From contig NIVC01005154.1 of the NCBI GenBank assembly GCA_002269645.1, positions 1 through 24,589 of the forward strand: a stretch of DNA of 24,589 nucleotides, written 5' to 3'. Positions 1 to 9,717 of the stretch are shown here, in pieces; positions within the stretch are counted from its first letter, which is position 1; each line of letters begins with the position of its first letter. A program made the translations under genes and the position numbers. This DNA is from Macrostomum lignano. Lineage: Eukaryota. The notes under the pieces were generated by a model, which saw nothing but the letters and a program-made list of their open reading frames with translations, was not told the origin of the DNA and did not search any database.

Positions 1-354
1 TTGGCCCTCAAAGGCGTTAATTGCACGAGCAGAGCCAAGCCGAGATTCCAATTTAGCCCCGAATTAATGTGACTGCACTTGGAATCGAGCCTGGGCCGCT
101 GGCATACCAGAGCGCCGCGCCACTTGGCTACGCCCCCCCCCCCCAACTTAGACTGGGTAACTCAGATGACTAAGAAAGTCTGCGACAGGTGCTAAAATTG
201 TAATAACAATGTCCAAGTGTTCTTTGCAACTTATTCTAATTAATTCGCCCAAGTCCCTTGAAGTTAAAGTTGACGCAATGCCCTCACACACTCGGGCTGC
301 GACACTACTGCACTTATTTATACTACTAATTATACTACTAAAATGCACCTGCAG

Positions 355-1038
355 AGTCTGACGAGTCCGACGAAGCCGGCGGCGATCAACTCGACGCTGA
401 CGATGACGAAGAAGACGACAAGGCGGACGGAGTCGGCGACTCGATGGTGTCAACGCTGACCGCCGACGCTGGCGGCGCCGTCCTCACCGGTGCGCCGAGG
501 ACATCCCGGCCGCTGACGAGGACGCTATCGACTTCGACGACGCTGCCGCTGCCTCCGACCCCGACGATCGAGCTGACGACGCCGACGTGGAAACTGACGA
601 TGTCGCCGACGGCGCCACCGACAGTGTGCGACGTCGGCAACGGTCCCGACGAAGCGGGGGTGTCCGGTCGAGCGGCTCGTCCGCCTCGCTGCCGCCGCTG
701 CTGGTGCGACCTCGGCGACGGCCGCCCCGCGGTGCGCCCGCCTTCATCCCGCCTGTCGCTCACATCGTGCCGTGGCTCCTGGCCGCCTGCCGCCTGCCCG
801 TCTCCCGTTTCCAGGAGGCTCGACTGCAGGCTCTCCGGCTGCTCTGCCGGGCCACAGTTCGTCGCCATGACAACGACGTGTCGCCGAAGCACCTAGCCCA
901 GTTCTACTGGATTCTGCACTCGGTGCTGTCCGGCTGCGACCAGCTCGCCGCAGTTTACGAAGTCATGGAGCACGCGGGCCCGGCGTTCTTCAGCGCCCCG
1001 CTGCCCTGCTCGCACCTGCTGGCCCTGGATTTCATCAG
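355..1038 (+). CDS. RALGAPA: RalGAP-alpha exon: acidic/Ala low-complexity segment then conserved IPP..PWL..FYWILH..DFI block
   Basis: Acceptor ctgcag|355, donor AG|gtgcgc at 1039 (phase 2). 3' half is the ORF-track 587..1057 frame; the 5' acidic part reads in another frame, so the 5' boundary is less sure. Confidence 0.8.
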
Positions 1039-3025
1039 GTGCGCTGCAGTTTGCTGAGTTTTAGTTTGGGCCCCGGAAATTGTGACCAGGGACTGGTGTC
1101 TGAACATGGTATGGCTCGTTGGAGTGGGGGGGCGTAGCACTTGAATTGGGGATTTTTTCGGGGAAATCTGTGAATGGGCATATGCATTAGTAACATTAGT
1201 ATGTGAATGGGCATTAATATTAAGAATCTGTGAATGGACATTAGTCACAAGAATCTGTGAATGGACATTAGTCACAAGAATCTGTGAATGAACATTAGTC
1301 ACAGGAGTCTGTGAATGGACATTAGTCACAGGAGTCTGTGAATGGACATTAGTCACAGGAATCTGTGAATGGACATTAGTCACAGTAGTATCTGAATGGA
1401 CATTAGTCACAAGAATCTGTGAATGGACATTAGTCACAAGAATCTGTGAATGAACATTAGTCACAAGAATCTGTGAATGGACATTAGTCACAGGAGTCTG
1501 TGAATGGACATTAGTCACAGGAGTCTGTGAATGGACATTAGTCACAGGAATCTGTGAATGGACATTAGTCACAGTAGTATCTGAATGGACATTAGTCACA
1601 GGAGTCTGTGAATGGACATTAGTCACAGGAGTCTGTGAATGGACATTAGTCACAGGAATCTGTGAATGGACATTAGTCACAGTAGTATCTGAATGGACAT
1701 TAGTCACAGGAATCTGTGAATGGACATTAGTCACAGGAGTCTGTGAATGGGCATTAGTCACAGGAATCTTTGAATGTATATTAGTCACAGGAGTCTGTGA
1801 ATGGGCATTAGTCACAGGAATCTGTGAATGTATATTAGTCACAGGAGTCTGTGAATGGACATGGATCAGGAGTCTGTGAATGTACATGAATCAGGAGTCT
1901 GTGAATGGACATGAATCAGGAGTCTGTGAATGGACATGAATCAGGAGTCTGTGAATGGGCATTAGTCACAGGAATCTGTGAATGTATATTAGTCACAGGA
2001 GTCTGTGAATGGGCATTAGTCACAGGAAGTCTGTGAATGGACATGGATCAGGAGTCTGTGAATGTACATGAATCAGGAGTCTGTGAATGTACATGAATCA
2101 GGAGTCTGTGAATGGACATGAATCAGGAGTCTGTGAATGGACATGAATCAGGAGTCTGTGAATGGGCATTAGTCACAGGAATCTGTGAATGGACATTAGT
2201 CACAGGAATCTGTGAATGGTCATTTAGTCACTGGAATCTGTGAATGGGAATTAGTCACAGGAGTCTGTGAATGGACATAAGTCAGGAATCTAATGCGCTT
2301 GTATTTCGAGTCTATAACGGTGAATCAGTGAATAATCAGGGTATTGAAATTCAAGGTCCATTAGAAAGTACAAATCTGACTGACGGCTCCTCCTTACGTT
2401 CAATCTGCTGTCCGCAGAGCCGCCGAGCAAATCTGCTCAGTCGAATCCATCAGCATCAGCGACTCGGCCACCGCCAACCGCCGCGTCCGCTGCCGGGTGA
2501 CCGCCATCGCAGCCGTGGGCTCCCTGCTGGCCTTCCCGGTGTACTTCGGCGACTCGGCCCTGGACTACCTGGACCCCGGCCGAGAGGAGGACAGCAACCG
2601 GAAGCCGTCGCCATGGCCGCTCCGGCTGTGCAAGTGTCCGGGAATGGCCGATCAAGTGCTGCGCGTGCTGGACTCGGTGATCAGCGCGGACCCGGCCGAG
2701 GAGAGCCGCAGCCTGGCCATGTGCAGCCTGGCCCTGTTCGCCTACCAGCTGCTGGCGGCCCGCTGCTCGCCTGAGGAGGAGGCGCTCAACGATCAGCTGT
2801 ACGTGCTGCGGGTTCGCGAGTGCTTCGCCCAGCTGCTGCGGGTGGTGAAGCCTGCGACCACGTTACAGGCCAAGTCCGCTCGACTGGCTGCCGACCTGCT
2901 GGCCGTGCTGTCCAACCTGGCCGGCCAGCTGGCCACCGCGCTGCCGCAGATCCACGTGGACGTTGTCAAGGCGCTGGGCGAGGCTGTGCGGCACTCGCTC
3001 ACCCTGTTTAGTGAGTGCTGCTGTA

Positions 3026-3102
<77 letters not shown>

Positions 3103-3117
3103 GCCTGTCTGTCTGCC

Positions 3118-3154
<37 letters not shown>

Positions 3155-3157
3155 GCC

Positions 3158-3206
<49 letters not shown>

Positions 3207-3259
3207 GCCTGTCTGTCTGTCTGTCTGTCTGTCTGTCAGTCTGTCTGTCTGCCTGTCTT

Positions 3260-3298
<39 letters not shown>

Positions 3299-3635
3299 TT
3301 GAAGAGACTTACTTATTAATTCATCGGCGCTTGTGTCACTCTAATAAAAAACCTTGTCACAGTCTATTACCGTGCAAATTCAAGAGGTATGGATTGAATT
3401 CTCCTACCCAAAGCTTGAACAACGGCGATTTTTCGTGCATAATTCTTGGCCGAAAGTCAAGCTGAATCGCAGATCACAACGAGGAGGAGGGGGGGGGGGA
3501 GCCGCAGGCTTGCCGAGGTCGCGCAGGGCCGGTAGGGCCAGCCGCAGTGCAGGGAGACTAGTGCTGCGGCCAGCTGGTGCCGGGGATCGAGGCGGGGCCG
3601 AACAGATGGAAAAGATGAAACACCCAGACTGCAGG

Positions 3636-3720
<85 letters not shown>

Positions 3721-6700
3721 TCAACAAGGCTCCAATCGCTGCCCCATCCCGCAGAGCCGGACCCCAAGTCGGCGATGACGCCCGGCACGCGGTACCTGCT
3801 GTGCAGCCTGGTGGACTGCCTGATCAGCTGGTGCATGGTGCTGCCCATGCCTGGCTTGCTGGACTATCACGACTCGCATCCCCGCGGACTCGTGTTCGAG
3901 GCCATGTCGGTGCTGAGCGAGCTGGAGGCCTGTTGGCGGGCCGGGTCCCTGGACTCGACCGCCCGTCTCGCCTCGCTGCGCGCCGCCTCGGCTAAGCAGC
4001 ACCTGGTGAACCACCTGGGCCAGTTTCCCAAAGGCCTGGCCGGGGCCACCAGGCTGGACTGCGGAGTCTCCGAGCAGCACGATCTGGACTTCAACCTTGG
4101 CGATCTCAGCCAGGAGGTGCTGAATCAGCCCAACACTCAGGTTAGCTCAGCTAATTAGATGACGAGGCATTTTTCATCCCAAAGACAGCTGCAGTAGCTT
4201 TTGCGTTTCTTGTTGCTGTTGAAATACTATTAGATGCAGTTAATCATCCATGCGTCGATCTCGCCTCCGCAGATTCTGGCCATAGACAATCGGCTGCTGC
4301 TCAGCCTGGTGGAAATCACCGCCAATCCGCCGTCGGATTCCACTGGCGCCGGCGCCTCGGCGCCACTCTCCAGCGCCACGCTATCCCGCGCCATTTTGCG
4401 ATCGATATGCGGCAAATTTGTCTGGGAGTTCAGCCTGCTGTACTGCCCGAAGGGGCCCGGCAACGCTGTGGACAGCCTGCTTGGCCAGCTCTCCCCAGCA
4501 ACCGTTGCCAAGGCCCTGCCGGATTATCAACTGCGGCCGCCGCTGCCGTTTCCAACTGGCCCGGCGTTTCAGTCCGGCAGCCCAGCGGAGGCAGCGGATG
4601 GAAGCTGGGAAGGTTCGGCTAAAGAAGCCAATGAACTTTCGACCTCAATGGGTATCGACGATGCTGGCACAGAGGAGTCCGAGACGACTGACTTTCTTGA
4701 CAGACTGCTGGTGCACATCGGCGAGACCAGCCCGGAGTGCCTGCTGGCGCCCAATGTACCGCTGAATGTGCCGGCCGATCCTAAGTGAGTATCGCTTGCT
4801 GTGATTCATTGGTGACTGAGGGTGAGGTGCTTCATCGGAAAATCCAGCTTCCCCCGCTTGCTGTGATTCATTGGTGACTGAGGGTAAGGTGCTTCATCGG
4901 AAAATCCAGCTTCCCCCGCTTGCTGTGATGCATTGGTGACTGAGGGTGAGGTGCTTCATCGGAAAATCCAGCTTCCCCGCTTGCTGTGATTCATTGGTGA
5001 CTGAGGGTGAGGTGCTTCATCGGCAAACAACTCTCCAGTGACTCTAGCTACTCTGGGGCGACTCTTGTGACTTTTTAACAACTCAAACGCGTCAAATGCG
5101 ACGGTGAGGGGACTGTTGCGTCACAAGCGCGTCACGTGAGCTGTAAAATCGTATAAAAGTCGGTCAACTTTCAGCTTTCGCTTCAAACATAACTCAATGC
5201 TCAATTACTCTGCCAGAGTCGTTAGACGACTTTATTGGCGACTTGTGCCGGAACGTCTCGTGGTTTTAGAGCAGTGTTTTATTAGAGTAATTTTCAGTAC
5301 TGCCACACCTCCTGCCCAGAGACCCGTTCGTGGCCGCCATTGAGGAGGAGGTCAGTCAGCAGCTGGCCGCCCAGCACCGGCTCGACAGCGCCCACATCGC
5401 CAGCACTCGCGACTCGCTGCTGTCCGTCCCGGCCCAGGAGGCCCCGGCCGCTGTGCAGGAGCCCATGAGCCCCTTCTACCAATGCCGGCATCTCGTCAAT
5501 CAGCTGGGCTTCCTCACCTGGGAGCGGCGGGAGCACCTGTGCCTGCTAGATAAGACCGCCCAGCTTGCCAGGGAGTTGAAGCATCTCGACAGTCTGCCCT
5601 GCCGCGAGACACACAAACTGGCCGTGGTTTATGTTGCCTACGGCCAGGAGGACAAGAGCAGCATCCTGTCCAACTGCCGCGGCTCGGAGGCTTTTGAACG
5701 ATTTGTGGGCGCCCTTGGCTGGGAGGTTCGTTCTATATAGTCTTAATTCTCTCCTCTCTCCCGTCTCCCCAGGTGTGCATTTTTCTCATCTCTCTTATCT
5801 CCCCAGGTGTGCATTTTCTCATCTCTCTTATCTCCCCAGGTGTGGATTTTCTCATCTCTCTTATCTCTCCAGGTGTGCATTCTCTCATCTCTCTTATCTC
5901 CCCAGGTGTGCATTCTCTCATCTCTCTTATCTTCCCAGGTGTGCATTTTCTCATCTGTCTTATCTCCCCAGGTGTGCATTTTCTCATCTCTCTTATCTCC
6001 CCAGGTGTGCATTTTCTCATCTCTCTTATCTCCCCAGGTGTGCATTTTCTCATTCCCGTCCTCAACCATCGAACACACAGGTGTCGCTAGCGAATCACGC
6101 TGGCTTTATGGGCGGCTTTCACGCCTCCGGCAAGTGCGGCACCACGGCCCCTTACTACGCCGATTCAACCAGCGAAATATTCTTCCACGTGAGCACCAGA
6201 ATGCCCACGGCCGGCGGCGCCGAGGATCAGCTGCGCAAAACAAAACACCTCGGCAACGACGAGGTGATGATCGTCTGGTCCGAGCATTCGCGCGACTACC
6301 GGCGCGGCACAATGCCCACCGAGTTTGGTGACGTCATCATCGTGGTGTACCCGCTGCCATCTGGCCTGTACCGCATCGAGATTGACAAGAAGGCCGAGGT
6401 GCCTTTCTTCGGGCCGCTGTTCACCGGCGCCATGGTGGCAGAGCCCGTGCTGGCGTCCCTGGTGCGGGCGACGGCTATTGGGGCGAGCCGTGCGATTCGA
6501 TCGATTAAGAAGCACTTTGTAAACTAGTGAGTTGCTTGGCGGGGCCTAAGGTGATGATTGATAGGTGTCTGGCCTGGATCAGAGATGTGATGACCGTGAT
6601 CCGGGATGTGATGATGTGATGACCGTGATCGGGGATGTAATGACTGTGATCGGGGTGTGATGACCGTGATCGGGGTGTGATGACCGTGATCGGGGGTGTA

Positions 6701-8056
6701 ATGACCGTGATCGGGGGTGTGATGACCGTGATCGGGGGTGTGATGACCGTGATCGGGGGTGTGATGACCGTGATCGGGGGTGTGATGACCGTGATCGGGG
6801 GTGTGATGACCGTGATCGGGGATGTGATGACTGTGATCGGAATGTGATGACCGTGATCAGAGATGTGATGACCGTGATCGGGGATGTGATGACTGTGATC
6901 GGAATGTGATGACCGTGATCAGAGATGTGATGACCGTGATCGGGGATGTGATGACTGTGATCGGGGATGTGATGACTGTGATCCGGGATGTGATGACTGT
7001 GATCGGGGATGTGTTGATGGGGTGTCATCGGGTTCTGAGTGTGACGCAAACACGTGGTCAGGCTGAGCAGGTGCCGCACCCCGCGCCAAACTCCCCCAGC
7101 TACGAGGAGCGCGCCAATTATTTGGAGTCGCTGGTCCATCGATTTCAACAGCGCGACGAGACGTTCGAGCAATTCGCCAAAGGCGTCTTCGCGCCTGTGC
7201 CGGCCGAGTTCCCGGCCGGTGGCCCGTTCGGCTCGGCCGTGTCGCACCAGCATCAGCAGCCGGGCTCGCTGCAGCTGGACCACGCTGACTGCGGCGGCCC
7301 TCGCTGAAGGACGAATTGCTGCACGTCTCGGTTCAGCCGGCCTCTGACGAGGCGGCGACACTTCAGCAGCAGCTCCAGCAGCCGCACGCCGACGAGCTCC
7401 AGTCGCCGCAGGGCAAATCTGGCAAGGCTGGCGGAGGTGAGGCTGAGTGACCTTTGGTGTCCCCGCGATTCACCTTCAAATGTCCCTATTTTATAACGCC
7501 AACTTCCTGCATGTGACATTTAAATGCTCAGACTTAGCTCAGGCCAGGCTCCTTAGAGACACCTCTGGAATGCCGGAACCACTTGATTCTTGATACAGTC
7601 TTCAAACTGTCTGAAAAGTGCCCAACACTCTACTCATGACAGTAGGCAAGCTGGGGAAAGCAAAACAACTTTTCAATATGCTTTTCTAACGTAACTAGTG
7701 CACTTTTAAGGGGACACCCGAAGTTCATACTGTACTTTATGCTTTCTAATTAGCATTTAATATAGAATTAATAGTACCTTAAGGAACTTTCGTAATTGTT
7801 TACTTGTGTGCTCTTGCTGAGCTTGATTTTTTACTACGAGCGTAGCCTGTGCGTTTTGTTCACCTATTTTGACGGAATTTTCCTTGGTTCTTGACGTTCG
7901 TTTGGTTTCCGATTTAGGCGCATTCATTCATTTATAGTGACCATTCACAATCGGCCTGTCTGTCTGTCTGTCTGTCTATCTGGTCTGACTGTCTGTCTGT
8001 CTGTCTGTCTGTCTGTCGGTCTGTATCTGTCTGTCGGTCTGTCTGTCTGTCTGTCG

Positions 8057-8094
<38 letters not shown>

Positions 8095-8148
8095 GTCTGA
8101 TCTGCCTCTGTCTGTCTGGTCTGTCTCTGTCTGTCTGTCTGGTCTGAC

Positions 8149-8233
<85 letters not shown>

Positions 8234-8241
8234 GGTCTGTC

Positions 8242-8296
<55 letters not shown>

Positions 8297-8329
8297 GGTC
8301 TGACTGTCTGTCTGTCTGTCTGGTCTGAC

Positions 8330-8393
<64 letters not shown>

Positions 8394-8649
8394 ACCCTAT
8401 CAATAAAACAGCAATCAGCCCATCAATCCATCATGATTTGGCGGCCGCGCAGACCTGACCCGCGCCAGCTCCTCCCGGCTGTCGTGGCCGCCCGGTCTGA
8501 AGTTCCGGGTGCGGTTCAGCACTGGCCAGCAGCAGGCGGAAGCTTCCGGCTCCCCCACGCTGCAGACCCCAACAGGGGAGTCGCAGCAGCAGCAGGTCGT
8601 TGAGCTGTCTGGCCTGGCCAGCCCAGATGAAGCTGTGAAATCCTGCTGA
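355..8649 (+). CDS. RALGAPA: Ral GTPase-activating protein subunit alpha (RALGAPA1/2 family), 5'-truncated multi-exon gene: 355-1038, 2418-3010, 3755-4140, 4273-4784, 5320-5725, 6081-6526, 7100-7436, last exon 8453-8649 or 10783-10940
   Basis: Translated exons match remembered RalGAP-alpha motifs in order: IPP..IVPWL, FFS.PLP...[105 protein letters not shown]. All internal GT-AG junctions were checked by hand for phase. Confidence 0.93.
1170..2300 (+). repeat. Intronic minisatellite, 27-bp unit (tgtgaatggacattagtcacaggartc), about 40 copies, with 25-bp variant clusters
   Basis: Direct reading; explains the 9-aa periodic ORF 955..1887. Confidence 0.97.
2418..3010 (+). CDS. RALGAPA: RalGAP-alpha exon (AAEQIC...[10 protein letters not shown]...LTLF)
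   Basis: Acceptor tgtccgcag|2418 (phase 2), donor A|gtgagt at 3011 (phase 1); frame of ORF 2497..3465. Confidence 0.9.
3025..3298 (+). repeat. (CTGT)n microsatellite
   Basis: Direct reading. Confidence 0.98.
3638..3721 (+). repeat. (CTGT)n microsatellite
   Basis: Direct reading. Confidence 0.98.
3755..4140 (+). CDS. RALGAPA: RalGAP-alpha exon ([14 protein letters not shown]...[10 protein letters not shown]...NQPNTQ)
   Basis: Acceptor catcccgcag|3755 (phase 1), donor CAG|gttagc at 4141 (phase 0). Confidence 0.9.
4273..4784 (+). CDS. RALGAPA: RalGAP-alpha exon ([12 protein letters not shown]...[10 protein letters not shown]...IGETSPECL)
   Basis: Acceptor cctccgcag|4273 (phase 0), donor AA|gtgagt at 4785 (phase 2). 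Confidence 0.9.
4793..5024 (+). repeat. 61-62-bp tandem repeat, about 3.7 copies
   Basis: cgcttgctgtgat starts at 4793, 4855, 4917 and 4978. Confidence 0.95.
5320..5725 (+). CDS. RALGAPA: RalGAP-alpha exon, start of the GAP domain (PFYQCR...[19 protein letters not shown]...LGWE)
   Basis: Acceptor cctcctgcccag|5320 is the phase-2-compatible site (tttcag|5298 is out of phase); donor GAG|gttcgt at 5726. Confidence 0.9.
5765..6052 (+). repeat. 33-bp pyrimidine-rich minisatellite, 9 CAG|GTGTG units
   Basis: GTG starts at 5773, 5807, 5840, 5873, 5906, 5939, 5972, 6005 and 6038. Confidence 0.97.
6081..6526 (+). CDS. RALGAPA: RalGAP-alpha exon, catalytic Rap/Ran-GAP core with the Asn thumb (AAC 6255-6257 in HLGNDEV)
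   Basis: Acceptor cacacag|6081 (phase 0), donor TA|gtgagt at 6527; [12 protein letters not shown]...[11 protein letters not shown]. Confidence 0.95.
6580..7015 (+). repeat. 21-bp minisatellite (gtgatgaccgtgatcgggg[g/a]t), about 20 copies
   Basis: Direct reading; 7-aa periodic ORFs. Confidence 0.95.
7100..7436 (+). CDS. RALGAPA: RalGAP-alpha exon ([12 protein letters not shown]...[11 protein letters not shown], then Q/A-rich extension); frame break near 7289-7304
   Basis: Acceptor ctcccccag|7100 completes TA|C = Tyr. TGA at 7305-7307 in the first frame; coding-like -1 frame runs on to donor G|gtgagg at 7437. Confidence 0.8.
7955..8390 (+). repeat. Interrupted (CTGT)n microsatellite
   Basis: Direct reading. 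Confidence 0.97.
8453..8649 (+). CDS. RALGAPA: Candidate terminal exon A of RalGAP-alpha ([12 protein letters not shown]...DEAVKSC*)
   Basis: GC-rich island; acceptor gccgcgcag|AC is phase-compatible with the 7436 donor; open to TGA 8647-8649. Confidence 0.6.
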
Positions 8650-8965
8650 GGGTCTGGAGCTGATGGAGCAGTTTCCCCCTGTGCCAAAGCGCCTTGCTCT
8701 TTGCTATCTTAATTGAGCCAACCTGGTGACCAGGTATGCTGTCTGTGGCACAAACCCGACTTGCACCGACCCGGCTTCACTCAGATGTTTTGAGCACCTA
8801 TGTGTCCCGCGCTGAGCAGCTGTGCAAGGACCGCTGATAGAAAATGAATCGTAAATGCTTTTAAATATGCATTGCCGAGATTGCAGATTCGCAGCACTAA
8901 ATCGGCTCTTTTTTACCTGTGCTCAAGAAGGCTACTCAAAGTTAGCACATGTTTTGTCTGAGCAA

Positions 8966-9717
8966 AGGGGCGTCGCCACCGGGGGACATGCCCCCCCAGT
9001 CAAAGCTATTGGGGGACATGCCCCCCCAGTCAAAGCTATTGGGGGACATGCTCCCCCCAATAAAAGCTATTGGGGACATGCCAATGCTTTATCCCCCCCC
9101 CCACCCTTCCTTGTGACCCATTATGAAAATCAATCATTTTGCTTCAGGGCGACGAAACATACCGCCTGTGACGCTAAAATGAGTGCCTGCCGCGTTAAAA
9201 TGAGTACCTGTGGCGCTAAAATGAGTGCATATAACGCCAAAATGAGTGCCTGTGGCGCTAAAATGAGTGCCTGCCGCGTTAAAATGAGTACCTGTGGCGC
9301 TAAAATGAGTGCATATGGCGCCAAAATGAGTGCCTGCGGCGCCAAAATGAGTGCCTGCCGCGTTAAAATGAGTGCCTGTGGCGCTAAAATGAGTGCCTGT
9401 GGCGTTAAAATGAGTGCCTGTGGCGCTAAAATGAGTGCATATGGCGCCAAAATGAGTTCCTGCGGCGCCAAAATGAGTGCCTGCGGCGCCAAAATGAGTG
9501 CCTGCGGCGTTAAAATAAGTGCCTGTGGCGCCAAAATGATTGTCTTATAAATGCATTCAGGCCCACCCCCCCCCCAAGGGTTGCTGTGCGCTAGTCCACC
9601 TATACTAAATGTATAATATAGAATACTCATATTACTTATAGTAATGTACATGTACATGAAAAATTCTTGGCTTTGCTTGGCTTTGCCCCCCCCCATAAAA
9701 TCCATGGCGACGCCCCT
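8966..9717. mobile_element. Non-autonomous TIR element (MITE-like) with subterminal hairpin repeats and an internal 21-bp minisatellite
   Basis: Perfect 13-bp inverted termini aggggcgtcgcca (8966-8978) and tggcgacgcccct (9705-9717); no clean TSD. Confidence 0.7.
9167..9540 (+). repeat. 21-bp minisatellite (aaaatgagtgcctgtggcgct), about 18 copies
   Basis: Direct reading. Confidence 0.97.

Noticed and set aside
955-1887. 310-aa minus-strand ORF with (TNVHSQTPV)n
   Set aside because: Translation of the 27-bp intronic satellite; no unique sequence or splice support
2963-3727. (CLSV)n and (QTDR)n ORFs, also at 7937-8458
   Set aside because: (CTGT)n microsatellite artefacts
5263-5272. GTTTTAGAGC, identical to the start of the SpCas9 repeat/sgRNA scaffold
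   Set aside because: Single 10-nt match with no continuation; chance
5298-5319. taattttcag as acceptor of RalGAP exon 5
   Set aside because: Out of phase (stop at about 5341); the acceptor at 5319 restores the frame
7704-7782. TTAA-GGGGAC...GTACC-TTAA, possible Kolobok-type mini element
   Set aside because: Terminal complementarity is too short and imperfect to support
8855-9705. ORFs (AKMSACG)n and (ILAPQAL)n, and the Pro-rich ORFs at 11691-12426
   Set aside because: Minisatellite translations
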